Source: Janthinobacterium lividum (lineage in GTDB: Bacteria; Pseudomonadota; Gammaproteobacteria; Burkholderiales; Burkholderiaceae). Taken from it: a stretch of DNA of 50,020 bases. The notes beneath the pieces were generated by a model, which saw only the letters and a list, made by a program, of their open reading frames with translations, searched no databases and had not been told where the DNA came from. Each line of letters begins with the position of its first letter. Position 1 is the first letter of the stretch. Positions 18,293 through 28,149 of this stretch are shown piece by piece. The stretch is from positions 1-50,020 of the forward strand of contig JBPBQT010000146.1 of the NCBI GenBank assembly GCA_050955065.1, written 5' to 3'. Made by a program: the position numbers and the translations under genes.

Positions 18293-19756
18293 ATGTTCAG
18301 ACACCTTGGCATCAAGACCAAACTGATCACCGGATTCGGCCTCCTCGCCGCGATGGTGTCGCTGGTGTCCGGCTTGTCCTTGCGCGCGCGCTCAACCAGT
18401 CGGCCGACGATTTCGCGAATCTCGTGGACGGGGTGATCGCCCGCGCGGATCTCTCGGCCAACCCGCAGACCGCCGTGGGCCGCCGCGCCATCACCGCGCG
18501 CAATCTGGTACTGGTCAGCAAGCCGGTGGATCTCGTCGTCGAAAAAGCCGCGATGACCCAGGCGGAACAGGACGTCGAGGCAGACCTCGCGCAATTGCAG
18601 GGCATGATGTCGACGGCACGGGACGCCAGCGACAAGGGCTGCGCGCTGGTCGGCGAAATGGTTCGCGTCGAAACGCTGTACCGGCCCGTCGTCGTCGCCG
18701 TCATCGTCGCGCTGGCGCTGGCAAACCAGCGCGACGCCGGGATCGCCAAGCTCGACAACGAATGCCGGCCGCTGCTCGCCGCTCTAATCGGCGCCACCGA
18801 CGCGTACGCGCAGCAGACCCATGCCCATCAGCAGGCGCTGGTGCAGCGTCACTCGGATATCGCCCGGATGCAGCGCAATCTCCAGATCGTCGTCTGCCTG
18901 GCCGCACTCGGGCTGGCCACTGCCGCGGGATGAGTCCTCACGCGCGCGATCACCGTTCCGCTCACCGCCCGCCGTCGCGGTGGCGCGCACCGTGGCACGC
19001 GGCGACCTGCGCAGTCGGATCGTCGTCGACCGTGATGATGAAACGGGAGAACTGCTGCGCGCACTGCGCGACATGAACACATGCCTGATCGACACGGTCG
19101 GACGCGTTCGCGAAGGCAGCACCTCGATCGGCGGCGCGGCGCGGGAAATCGCCAGCGGCAACATCGACCTCAGCCAGCGCACCGACGAACAGGCCGCCGC
19201 GCTGGAGGAAACGGCGGCGAGCATGGAGCATGCTGACCGCGGCGGTGGAAGCGGCGCGCGCCGGGGAACAGGGACGCGGCTTCGCCGTGGTGGCCAGCGA
19301 GGTGCGCAGTCTCGCGCAACGTTCGGCCAGCGCGGCCAAGGAAATCAAGACATTGATCTCGGCCTCGACGAGCAGGATGCACGATGGCACGCTGCTGGCG
19401 AATCAGGCCGGCGAGACGATGGCCGACGTCACGCGGACGGTGGCGAGCGTATCCCGCGTCATGGGGGAGATCGCCACGGCGTCGGTCGAACAAAGCCGCG
19501 GCATCGAGCGGATCAATCACGCGGTCGCGCAAATGGAGGACGTGACGCAGCAGAACGCGGCGCTGGTCGAGGAAGCTGCCGCGGCATCGCAGTCGCTCGA
19601 AAACCAGGGGCAGGAGTTGAACGCGACGATGGCGTTTTTCGTTGTCGAGGATGTGGCCCCTCGCCCGTTGCCATGGTCCTCCGCGGCACTTCCCGCGAAA
19701 CGGGAACGGCGGCGCGCGGCACGGCATGCGGCCGTGTTAGCGGTGTCGCCGCTTGA
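18293..19756 (+). pseudogene. Methyl-accepting chemotaxis protein pseudogene
   Basis: IKTKLITGFG TM1, four-helix sensor, HAMP (GDLR..I...DETGELL), [36 protein letters not shown]; frameshifts at ~18385, ~18970, ~19230, in-frame TGA at 18931, internal deletion; 3' end approximate. Confidence 0.88.
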
Positions 19757-19771
19757 CCGTCGAAGCTGGCT

Positions 19772-21130
19772 TCAACCCAGCCAGGCAAATATCGACAGCG
19801 CGAGCATCACGGTTATCGCGCCGCCGATGCGCGTCGCGATCTGCGCGAAGGGCATCAACGCCATCCGGTTGCCGGCCGTCAGAATCGCGACGTCGCCGGT
19901 GCCCCCCAAGCCGCTATGCGTCGCATTCACCATCGCGGCTTCAACCGGATGCATGCCGACGCCGCGGCCGACGAAGAAACCCGTCACCACCAGCGTCAGC
20001 ACCGTGGCGACGGCGGTCAGGATATTCGCCCACTGGAACGCGGCGACCACCTCTCCCCACGGCGTCATCGCGACGCTGATCGCGAACATCAGCGGATAGG
20101 TAACCGCCGTCGAGAAAAAGCGATACATGACGCGTGCCCCGCCGCATACCCGTGGGGAAACGACGTGAAACAGCTGCGCCGCGATGACCAGCAGCAACAT
20201 CACGACGGGCGCGGGCCAGCCCAGCCATTGGTGGCTCAGTTCCCCGATCAGATACATGGCGATCGCCGTGGCGCCCGCCGCGGCCAGCCAGCGGACGTCC
20301 GTCAGCGAGCTTGCATCGGACCCGTTCCCCACCGCCACCGCGCCGACGACATGCGAAGTCTCCGCGGCGCGCATCAACCGACCGTCGCCGGTCCACCGGG
20401 GACGCTTCATTCCCAGATAATGCAATGCGCCGGCGCAACAGATCGCGACGATATTTCCCAACATCACGGCGGACAGGACCTGCGCGAAAAGTGGTCCCTG
20501 CGGGACGCCCAACGTCTGGGCGTATCCCGTCGACAAGGGCAGCGCGCCTTCGCCGACGCCGCCCGCCATGATCGGCACGACGATGAAGAACAAGGTATGG
20601 CGGGCGCCGAGCCCGAGCAACGTGCCCACCCCCGTTCCCACGACGGCCGCCGCGGCGGAACCGGCGAACACCGGAACGAAGATCTTCGCGAAACCCCGGA
20701 TGAGCGTCTGCCGATCCATGCTGAGAACGCTGCCGACGATGATCGCCGCGATGAACAGATACAGGAAATTCGTGTTTTTCGTAAACGCCGTCACCGATCT
20801 CGTGATGGCGCCGGGCATGACGTGATAGTAGATCATGGCCGATGGCAGGAAGGCGGCGAAGATCGAGGTCGCGCCGACGTGGCGGATCCACGGAATGCGC
20901 TTCGCCAGTTCGGCGCAAGTGAAACCGCCCACCGCGACCAGCGCGATGCCGGTGGGAAGATCGGCGGCGAGCTTGCCCCAGGCAGTCATCGCCCCCAGCA
21001 CGCCGATCAGCACGATATAGACCGGCAGCGGCAAGACACCGATCTGCAGATCGAACAGGGCCCACCACCCCTCTTTCCCGTCGCCGCGCGCCGTTCCGGC
21101 CGGCATGGCTCCCCCCTGCTTTTCCTCCAT
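19772..21130 (-). CDS. 2-hydroxycarboxylate transporter (CitS/MaeN/CimH family)
   Basis: [65 protein letters not shown]. Confidence 0.93.
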   Translation of the reverse strand: MEEKQGGAMPAGTARGDGKEGWWALFDLQIGVLPLPVYIVLIGVLGAMTAWGKLAADLPTGIALVAVGGFTCAELAKRIPWIRHVGATSIFAAFLPSAMIYYHVMPGAITRSVTAFTKNTNFLYLFIAAIIVGSVLSMDRQTLIRGFAKIFVPVFAGSAAAAVVGTGVGTLLGLGARHTLFFIVVPIMAGGVGEGALPLSTGYAQTLGVPQGPLFAQVLSAVMLGNIVAICCAGALHYLGMKRPRWTGDGRLMRAAETSHVVGAVAVGNGSDASSLTDVRWLAAAGATAIAMYLIGELSHQWLGWPAPVVMLLLVIAAQLFHVVSPRVCGGARVMYRFFSTAVTYPLMFAISVAMTPWGEVVAAFQWANILTAVATVLTLVVTGFFVGRGVGMHPVEAAMVNATHSGLGGTGDVAILTAGNRMALMPFAQIATRIGGAITVMLALSIFAWLG

Positions 21131-21175
21131 CGTCGTCTCCTGGTTTTTTATATTGGGAAAGGCGGGGAAACACAG

Positions 21176-22351
21176 TCAGTCCCGTGTCTTGCAGAATTCC
21201 CGCCTTAGCCACTCGGAATCCTGTCCGAACGCCGGCGCCGCATACGGCTCCGGACCGGGCGTGCGGCCGAAGTGGACCGCGCGCTTCAGGCCGCGATACG
21301 CACCTACGGCCGGATGGTCGAAATGGGCGATCATGTCCTCCGCCAGCACCTGGGGGTGATCGAACATGTCTTCCACCGTGCGCGCGGCAGCGCAGGGCAC
21401 GTCGTCGCCGAACAGGCTTTCCCATTCCAGCGCACTCTTCGCGCGCAACGCGGCATGGAGTTGCGGCACGATGTCGTCGACGTGCAGCGCGCGCTTCCTG
21501 ACCGAATCGAAACGGCTGTCGCTCGCCAGGTTTTCCAACCCGGTCTTGCGACACAGCGCCTCCCAGAAATGCGGGGTGTTCGCGGAAATATAGATATACC
21601 CGTCGCGCGTCGGGTGCAGCCCGGTAATGCCGCCCGAGCGCATGTCGCGATTGAGTTCCCGAGGCTCGTCCTCGGCCCAGATCAGCCGCGCGGACTGCAT
21701 GGCCAGCGCGCTGCGCAGCAACGATACGCCGACGTATTGGCCTTCGCCGCTGCGCTCGCGCTCGAACAGCGCCGATGCCACCGCGCCGGCCACCAGCGAG
21801 GCCGCGTAATAGTCCACCACCGAGCCGTACAGGATTTCGGGTGGCCCGTTCTGCTTGCCCTGCATTGCGCACATGCCCGTCATGGTCTGCAATACCTGGT
21901 CGTAACCCGCCTTGCCCTTCAACGGCCCGGTTTCGCCATAGCCGGTCACCGCGCAGTAGACCAGCCGCGGATTGATCTGCCGCAGCCGTTCGTAGTCGAT
22001 GCGCAGGCGCAGCGGCACACCCGGCCGGAAGTTGTGCACCAGCACATCGGCCTGTCCCACCAGCACCTCGAGCATGTCGAGATCCGCGGGCTGCTTCAAA
22101 TCGAGCACCATCCCCAGTTTGCTGCGATTGACGCCCAGGAAGGCACGGCTTTCGGTCTCCAGCGTCGACGGATATTTACGCAAATTGTCGCCGGTGGGCG
22201 GCTCGATCTTGATGACCTCGGCGCCCTGGTCCGCCAGCAAGCTGCAGCCGTAGGGGCCTGCAATGTATGCGCTCAGATCGAGCACGCGAATGCCGCTCAG
22301 CGGCCCGCGCGCGGCGCGCGTCGCCGCCGGTCTGCGGGAAGGTCCGTTCAT
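21176..22351 (-). CDS. Class III CoA-transferase (CaiB/BaiF family)
   Basis: GPLSGIRVLDLS..IAGPY, GAEVIKIEPP.GD, NRSK, DVLVHNFRPG, GYD, VDY; 4-bp overlap with the lyase gene. Confidence 0.93.
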   Translation of the reverse strand: MNGPSRRPAATRAARGPLSGIRVLDLSAYIAGPYGCSLLADQGAEVIKIEPPTGDNLRKYPSTLETESRAFLGVNRSKLGMVLDLKQPADLDMLEVLVGQADVLVHNFRPGVPLRLRIDYERLRQINPRLVYCAVTGYGETGPLKGKAGYDQVLQTMTGMCAMQGKQNGPPEILYGSVVDYYAASLVAGAVASALFERERSGEGQYVGVSLLRSALAMQSARLIWAEDEPRELNRDMRSGGITGLHPTRDGYIYISANTPHFWEALCRKTGLENLASDSRFDSVRKRALHVDDIVPQLHAALRAKSALEWESLFGDDVPCAAARTVEDMFDHPQVLAEDMIAHFDHPAVGAYRGLKRAVHFGRTPGPEPYAAPAFGQDSEWLRREFCKTRD

Positions 22352-23232
22352 GTCCCGTCTCCTTGTTCCTCGACACGGCCGGCCTGCGCCAGGATGGCGC
22401 GCGCCCGGGCGAGAAACGGCATGTCGATCATCTTCCCGTCGACGACCCAGGCGCCCACGGCGTTCGCCTGGGCGCCCCGCGCAGCGTCGACGACCCGCTG
22501 CGCATGGGCGATTTCGTCGGGCGTCGGGACGAAGACCGCGTTCGCAAGGGCCACCTGGCTCGGATGAATGCAACTCTTGCCGAGGAAGCCCAGGTGCTTC
22601 GCCAGGCGCGCCTCCGACTCGAATCCCGTCTGATCGCGAATATCGGCGAATGCGGCGTCGTAGGCGAAGACACCCGCCTCGCCCGCGGCCATGCGCATCA
22701 TGAACATCGCCTGCTGCACCGCCGCGGTCTCGCGCCGCGCGATACCCAGCGGCTCGAACAGGTCGCCCAGACCCAGTTGCAGACCCTTCACGCGTGGATG
22801 ACTCGACGCCAGCGCGTAGGCCTGACGCAGCGCCGTCGGCGACTCGATATTGAGCAGCACACCGATCGGCACCTGTACACCATTGGCACGTTCGGCCCGC
22901 TCGATGCGACGCACCGCGTCGACGACGTCGTCGGGACCGCGCGGTTTGGGCAGGTTGAGCAGCGCGACGCCGTCGCGCACAACCGCCGCGAGATCGTGGT
23001 CGAAATGCGGCGTGTCGATCGGATTGACCCGAACGATCACGGTTTTTCCGGAAAACCGCGCATCGGTCTGCTGCGCATCGAGCAGAAACCGCTTGAGCTG
23101 CTCGCGGGCCTGGGGCTTGGCTGTTTCGGCCACGGCGTCCTCGAGATCGAAGGACACGGCGTCGGCCTGTCCGGCCAATGCCTTGGCGAACAGTTCGGGG
23201 CGCGAAGCGGGAACGAATAGTTTGCTTTTCAT
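22348..23232 (-). CDS. CitE-like CoA-ester lyase (HpcH/HpaI superfamily)
   Basis: SKLFVPASR, DLEDAV, VRVN, LPK, IESP, GLGDL, GFLGKSCIHPSQV, DGKMIDMP. Confidence 0.92.
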   Translation of the reverse strand: MKSKLFVPASRPELFAKALAGQADAVSFDLEDAVAETAKPQAREQLKRFLLDAQQTDARFSGKTVIVRVNPIDTPHFDHDLAAVVRDGVALLNLPKPRGPDDVVDAVRRIERAERANGVQVPIGVLLNIESPTALRQAYALASSHPRVKGLQLGLGDLFEPLGIARRETAAVQQAMFMMRMAAGEAGVFAYDAAFADIRDQTGFESEARLAKHLGFLGKSCIHPSQVALANAVFVPTPDEIAHAQRVVDAARGAQANAVGAWVVDGKMIDMPFLARARAILAQAGRVEEQGDGT

Positions 23233-23307
23233 TATTTCAGTTTAGATAGACAGGGACACAAGATAAATCCCTATAATGTTCTTTCAGACCCAAGAAAAAC
23301 TGTGTTC

Positions 23308-24186
23308 ATGGAAACGACGTTCCTGGCGAGCTTCCTGCTGGTGGTCGATACCGGGTCGATGGCCGAGGCGGCCCGACGGCTGGATCTCTCTGCCGCCGCG
23401 ATCGCGCAGCAGATCCGGGCGCTTGAGCGCGAGTTCGGCGCACCGCTGCTGGCGCGCGCGGGACGCACCGTTTCGGTCACGCCGGCGGGCAGCCGGATCG
23501 TCGCGCAATCGCGCGCCCTGCTGCGCGGACTGGCGGACATCAAGGTGGTGGCGAACGACCAGTACGCGACGGGCGAACTGCGTCTCGGCACGATCAACAC
23601 CGCGCTGCACAATTTCCTTCCCGACATCCTGGCCGATTTCACCGAGGCCAATCCGCACGTCAAGATCTTCATCCAGTCCGGCACCTCCGCGGAACTCTAC
23701 GACGCGTTGAACCAGGACGAGGTCGACGCCGCGGTCTGCACACATCCGGTGTTCTCGGTACCGAAGGCTTTCGTATGGAGGTTGCTGCGGGAAGAGCCGT
23801 TGGTCGTCATCGCGCCGCGGCGGCTCGCCGCGAGAGACCCGCACGCGCTGCTCGCGCACGCGCCGCTGATCCGCTATGACCGCGCGCTCTCGGGCGGACG
23901 CGAGGCGGACCGCTACCTGCGCCGCATGGGCATCGTGCCGAACGAACGGCTCGAGTTGAGTTCGCTTCTCGCGATCGCGATGATGGTCGATCGCGGTCTC
24001 GGCGTCTCGCTCGCGCCGGATGTCGCGTCGCCGCTCACCGGCGCGCTCGATCTCGCCCGCCTTCCCCTGCCGGGAGCGTCCGAGCCACGCCGGTTCGGGA
24101 TGCTGTGGAAGCGGGCTTCCGTGCGCGAACCGTTGATCCATCGCTTCATCGACACCGCCGTGCGGCATGCGGGCGGCGGTCACTGA
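23308..24186 (+). CDS. LysR-family regulator divergent from the lyase operon
   Basis: GSMAEAARRL.LS.AAIAQQIRALERE.G..LL.R.GR.V..T HTH. Confidence 0.93.
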   Translation: METTFLASFLLVVDTGSMAEAARRLDLSAAAIAQQIRALEREFGAPLLARAGRTVSVTPAGSRIVAQSRALLRGLADIKVVANDQYATGELRLGTINTALHNFLPDILADFTEANPHVKIFIQSGTSAELYDALNQDEVDAAVCTHPVFSVPKAFVWRLLREEPLVVIAPRRLAARDPHALLAHAPLIRYDRALSGGREADRYLRRMGIVPNERLELSSLLAIAMMVDRGLGVSLAPDVASPLTGALDLARLPLPGASEPRRFGMLWKRASVREPLIHRFIDTAVRHAGGGH

Positions 24187-24229
24187 AAGCGGCATGCATC
24201 CGCCGGTTCCGGCCGACGCTGCAGATGCT

Positions 24230-25600
24230 TCAGATGAAGATCAACAAGGCCGCGCCGAACACCGCCGCCGCGAGCAGGAAAGTCATGACCGTGAAGCCGA
24301 GCACGCGCTGCACGCCGACTCCTGCCATCGCCACCACCGGTGCGGCCCAAAACGGCTGCAGCATGTTCGACACCTGCTCGCCCATCGCCACCGCCATCGT
24401 CGTTCCCGCCACGGACGCGTGCAACGCCACCGCCGCGGGCACCACGAAGGGGCCCTGCACCGCCCAGTGGCCGCCGCCGCTGGGCACCAGGAAGGTGACG
24501 ATCAGCGAGCCGATGTAGCTCCAGAACGGCAACGTGTGCGCGGTGGATATCTGAATGAAGAAATGAGACAGCACGTCGGGCAGGCCGGTCGCGTCCATGA
24601 TGCCCATGATGCCGCCATAGAGAGGGTACTGCAGCATCATCGAGCCGGTCTGGCGCGCCGCGTTCTTGACCGCGTCCGCGTACGCGAGCGGATAGCCGTG
24701 CAGCACCACGCCGCCGACGAACATCACGAAGATCACCGCATTCACACCCGAAAACACGGTGAGGTGCTGGATAAACGCCATCAGCAGGAACGACACGCCC
24801 GCCAGCCCGATGAAGACGCTGCCCACCCATGAGTTCTCGATCCATTGCGCGGGCGTGACGCGGCCGCGAAGACGCCGACGCACGGGCGGATCCGGATTTT
24901 TCTCAAGGTCGAGCACGATCGCGTCCTGATCGCGCGGCTTGATCAGGGCCAGCAAGACCGGCGTCAGGATCAGCATCACCAGCACCGGCACGAGATTGAA
25001 GCGGGTGAATACCGTCTCGCTGAAAGGCAGCACCCGGCCGGTCAGCTTCTCGACGACATTCATCGCGCTGCCGCGGGTCGACTGCGCGAGAGCGATCGAA
25101 CTCGAGATGCCGCTGGCCCACACGACCCATCCCGAAAATCCGGCGGCGACGATCCAGGCGAAGTCGACGCGCATGCGTTTCGCCACTTCGCGCGCCAGCA
25201 GTGCGGCCACGACCAGGCCGAATCCCCAGTTGAAGAACGACGCCACCGCCACCGACAGGAAGGTCAGCGTCGCTGCCTGCACCGGCGTGCGCGCCACCGA
25301 GACGACCGCGCGAAACAGCGCCTGCACCGGCCGCGCATGGGCGAAGGCATGGCCCGTCACAAGCACAAGCGTGATCTGAAAGGCAAAGGTGAGGATGTTG
25401 AAGAAACCTTTGTACCATCCGCCGACGATGCCGCCGAACGAGGCGTGCGGCGCGACCAGCGCGGCCACGACCGCCACCACCATCGTGATCAGGATGGCAA
25501 GGACGAAGGGATCGGGAATGACGCGTTCGAACAGGTTGATGGTGGCATCAGTGAAGCGCGTCCTCGAACGACCGTCGCGGTTGCCGCTCGCGGGGGTCAT
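24230..25600 (-). CDS. Short-chain fatty acid transporter (AtoE family)
   Basis: ERVIPDPFV, NWGFGLVV, GISSS, QYPLYGGIMG, VPSGGGHWAVQGP, NMLQPFWA. Confidence 0.9.
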   Translation of the reverse strand: MTPASGNRDGRSRTRFTDATINLFERVIPDPFVLAILITMVVAVVAALVAPHASFGGIVGGWYKGFFNILTFAFQITLVLVTGHAFAHARPVQALFRAVVSVARTPVQAATLTFLSVAVASFFNWGFGLVVAALLAREVAKRMRVDFAWIVAAGFSGWVVWASGISSSIALAQSTRGSAMNVVEKLTGRVLPFSETVFTRFNLVPVLVMLILTPVLLALIKPRDQDAIVLDLEKNPDPPVRRRLRGRVTPAQWIENSWVGSVFIGLAGVSFLLMAFIQHLTVFSGVNAVIFVMFVGGVVLHGYPLAYADAVKNAARQTGSMMLQYPLYGGIMGIMDATGLPDVLSHFFIQISTAHTLPFWSYIGSLIVTFLVPSGGGHWAVQGPFVVPAAVALHASVAGTTMAVAMGEQVSNMLQPFWAAPVVAMAGVGVQRVLGFTVMTFLLAAAVFGAALLIFI

Positions 25601-25716
25601 CGCGTGCCGCCCATGCGGGAATGAAAAACCATTTTTGTCTCCTTATGATTATTGTGAATGCGATCGCAACGGGATATGCGCTTTACGGGCCCGGCAACCC
25701 GTCGCTCCGGCTCCCT

Positions 25717-26535
25717 CTAGAAACCGTATAGCTCGGCCGGTGTCTCCACGAGTATTCTTCGATAGGTCACGTCGTCCTCGACCCAATCCGACAATGTTTC
25801 CATCAGAAAAACGTCGTCGGGCTTGCCATGCGTTTCGGTGACATGGGGCCAGTCGCTCCCCCAGACGAGGCGCTCGGGCGCAGCGGCGATCCAGGCCCGG
25901 GCGACCGCCGCGACATCGGCATAACCGGCGACCCGCGAATCGAGATATGGGCCCGACAGTTTCATCCACGTCCGGCCTCGTTCGAGCAGGCGCCGCATGA
26001 TCGCGAAGGCGGGGTGGGCGATGCCCTGTGGCATGGGCAGGCGGCCCAGATGATCGAACACGATGCCGCATGGCAGACGCCGCAGCAGGGCCTCGTGCGC
26101 GACGATCTGGTCGGCGGTCCAGTGCAGTTGCACATGCCAGCCCAACGCCCGGATGCGTTGCGCCACCGGCTCGACCATGTCGAATCCCACGGCGGCCTGC
26201 GACGGCGTATAGAGCGTGAAGCGCACGCCGCGTATGCCGCCCGCGTGCAGCCATTGCAATTCCGCGTCGCTCACGTCCGGGCGCACGACGGCGACGCCCC
26301 GCGCATGCGCCGGGCCCAGTTTCCGAATCGCGTCGAGAGTGACGGCGTTGTCGACGCCATAGGGGCGCGGCGTCACGACGACCGTGCGCCGCGTGCCAAC
26401 CCGCTCCTGGAAACGACGGCGATAATCATCGGCGGTCGCCTCATTGGCAAGCATGCCCGCATGGGCGAACGCCGCATCGTAGACATGCATGTGCGCATCG
26501 CATGCCAGCGCCGGTATCGAGCGTGTCCGCGACAT
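25717..26535 (-). CDS. Amidohydrolase-2 family (PDC lactonase/LigI-like) hydrolase
   Basis: CDAHMHVY, YGVDN, RGVA, RGVRF, FDHLGR, WMKLSGPY, VWGSDWPH; AGGAG SD before ATG 26535. Confidence 0.9.
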   Translation of the reverse strand: MSRTRSIPALACDAHMHVYDAAFAHAGMLANEATADDYRRRFQERVGTRRTVVVTPRPYGVDNAVTLDAIRKLGPAHARGVAVVRPDVSDAELQWLHAGGIRGVRFTLYTPSQAAVGFDMVEPVAQRIRALGWHVQLHWTADQIVAHEALLRRLPCGIVFDHLGRLPMPQGIAHPAFAIMRRLLERGRTWMKLSGPYLDSRVAGYADVAAVARAWIAAAPERLVWGSDWPHVTETHGKPDDVFLMETLSDWVEDDVTYRRILVETPAELYGF

Positions 26536-26896
26536 TTCTTGTCTCCTCCTGTTTTTTCCGCCGCGTCGCCCGTTCCGAACCTGCCACGACGCGCCATGTT
26601 CCGGCGTCCGCCTGTTCGCCTTGCGACTTTCGACCATCCGGCAGAATCAGTCTAGACAAGCCCGCACCGAAGATAAAGCGCTCCGGACTGGGTTCACACT
26701 CAAGGAAAACTATCTTGTCAACGTACGCGCTTGCGTGCCATGGGCCGACGCGTGCACCAGGCAGGCTGGAGGGCAAAATAAGGAGGGGGGCGGGTCGGCG
26801 GTGGCGCGAGCGCGCCGCCCCGCCGCAGGCATGCGCGGTGGCGGAGCGGACCGGAGGGCAGGATGCGATCCGCGGGGAAAGCCGCCTGCCGGGATT

Positions 26897-27949
26897 TTAC
26901 GGCGCGGGCGTGGGCTGGATCTGGTGCAGCGCGTCGATCTCGGCGAGCACCTCGTCGGACAGCGTCACGTTCACGCTGTCGATGTTTTCCCGCAACTGGG
27001 CAATCGACGTCGCGCCGATGATGTTGCTGGTGGTGAACGGCCGGCTGTTGACGAACGCCAGCGCAAGCTGGGCCGGCGTCAACCCGTGCCGTTTCGCGAG
27101 CGCGACGTAGCGGCTGACGGCGGCGATCGATTCCGGCTTGCTGTAGCGCTGGAACCGTTCGAACAGCGTGATGCGGGCGCCCGCGGGCCGCGCGCCGCCC
27201 TCGTACTTCCCCGACAGCCAGCCGAAGGCCAGTGGCGAGTACGCCAGCAGGCCGATGCCCTCGTGATGGCTGAATTCCGACAGTCCCAGTTCGAAATTGC
27301 GGTTCACCAGGCTGTACGGGTTCTGAATGCTCACGACCCGCGGCAGGTTCAGTTTCTCCGCGGCGCGCAGGAACTGGGCGACGCCCCACGGCGTTTCGTT
27401 CGACAGTCCGACATGACGGATCTTGCCTTCCTTGACCAGATCGGCGAGCACGCCCAGCGTTTCCTCGACCGGCACCGTGTACGCATCCTCGACCCACGGA
27501 TAATTGACCCGCCCGAAGGTCATCGTGCTGCGGTCGGGCCAGTGCAGCTGATACAGGTCGATGCGGTCGGTCTGCAGCCGTTGCAGGCTCGATTCCACCG
27601 CCGCGACCAGATTCGGCCGGTCGAACTGGTTGGCATCGCCGCGAATGTGGCGCGGGTTGTGCGGCTGCCGCGCCGGGCCGGCGATCTTCGTCGCCAGCAC
27701 GATCTTCTCGCGCGCGCCCGGCGTCTTCGCGAGCCAGGTGCCGATATATTCCTCGGTGCGCCCCTGCGTTTCCGGGCGCGGCGGCACCGGATACATTTCG
27801 GCGGCGTCGACCAGGTTCACGCCGTGCGCCAGCGCGTAATCCAGCTGCTCGTGCGCTTCGGCTTCGGTGTTCTGCTCGCCCCATGTCATCGTGCCCAGCC
27901 CGATGAGACTGACATCGATGCCGCTGTCCCCGAGTTTCCTGTACTCCAT
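26897..27949 (-). CDS. tas: NADP(H)-dependent aldo-keto reductase Tas
   Basis: LGTMTWGEQNTEAEAH, DAAEMYPVPPR.ETQG.TE, DLYQLHWPDR, GLSNETPWG, LLAYSPLAFG.LSGKY. Confidence 0.9.
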   Translation of the reverse strand: MEYRKLGDSGIDVSLIGLGTMTWGEQNTEAEAHEQLDYALAHGVNLVDAAEMYPVPPRPETQGRTEEYIGTWLAKTPGAREKIVLATKIAGPARQPHNPRHIRGDANQFDRPNLVAAVESSLQRLQTDRIDLYQLHWPDRSTMTFGRVNYPWVEDAYTVPVEETLGVLADLVKEGKIRHVGLSNETPWGVAQFLRAAEKLNLPRVVSIQNPYSLVNRNFELGLSEFSHHEGIGLLAYSPLAFGWLSGKYEGGARPAGARITLFERFQRYSKPESIAAVSRYVALAKRHGLTPAQLALAFVNSRPFTTSNIIGATSIAQLRENIDSVNVTLSDEVLAEIDALHQIQPTPAP

Positions 27950-28074
27950 CATTGCATCCTTGCGAAGGGTTGATCGAAACGACGACGCTATCACAAAGCC
28001 CGGCTTGCCGGGGACGCGGGTACCGGCCGCGGCAGGCGGCTAGCGCGCACGCGCATCCGTACAGGGCGTTCGCG

Positions 28075-28088
28075 GTATGCTGGCATAC
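28075..28088. promoter_or_regulatory. Perfect palindrome GTATGC-TG-GCATAC between divergent tas and uvrA2 (candidate operator)
   Basis: Read directly; 61 nt upstream of the uvrA2 ATG. Confidence 0.35.
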
Positions 28089-28149
28089 AGCCCGAGCGGA
28101 TTCAGCGTTCGAACCCCTCTTCTTCTCAGGCCATCGCGCCGCACCACGC

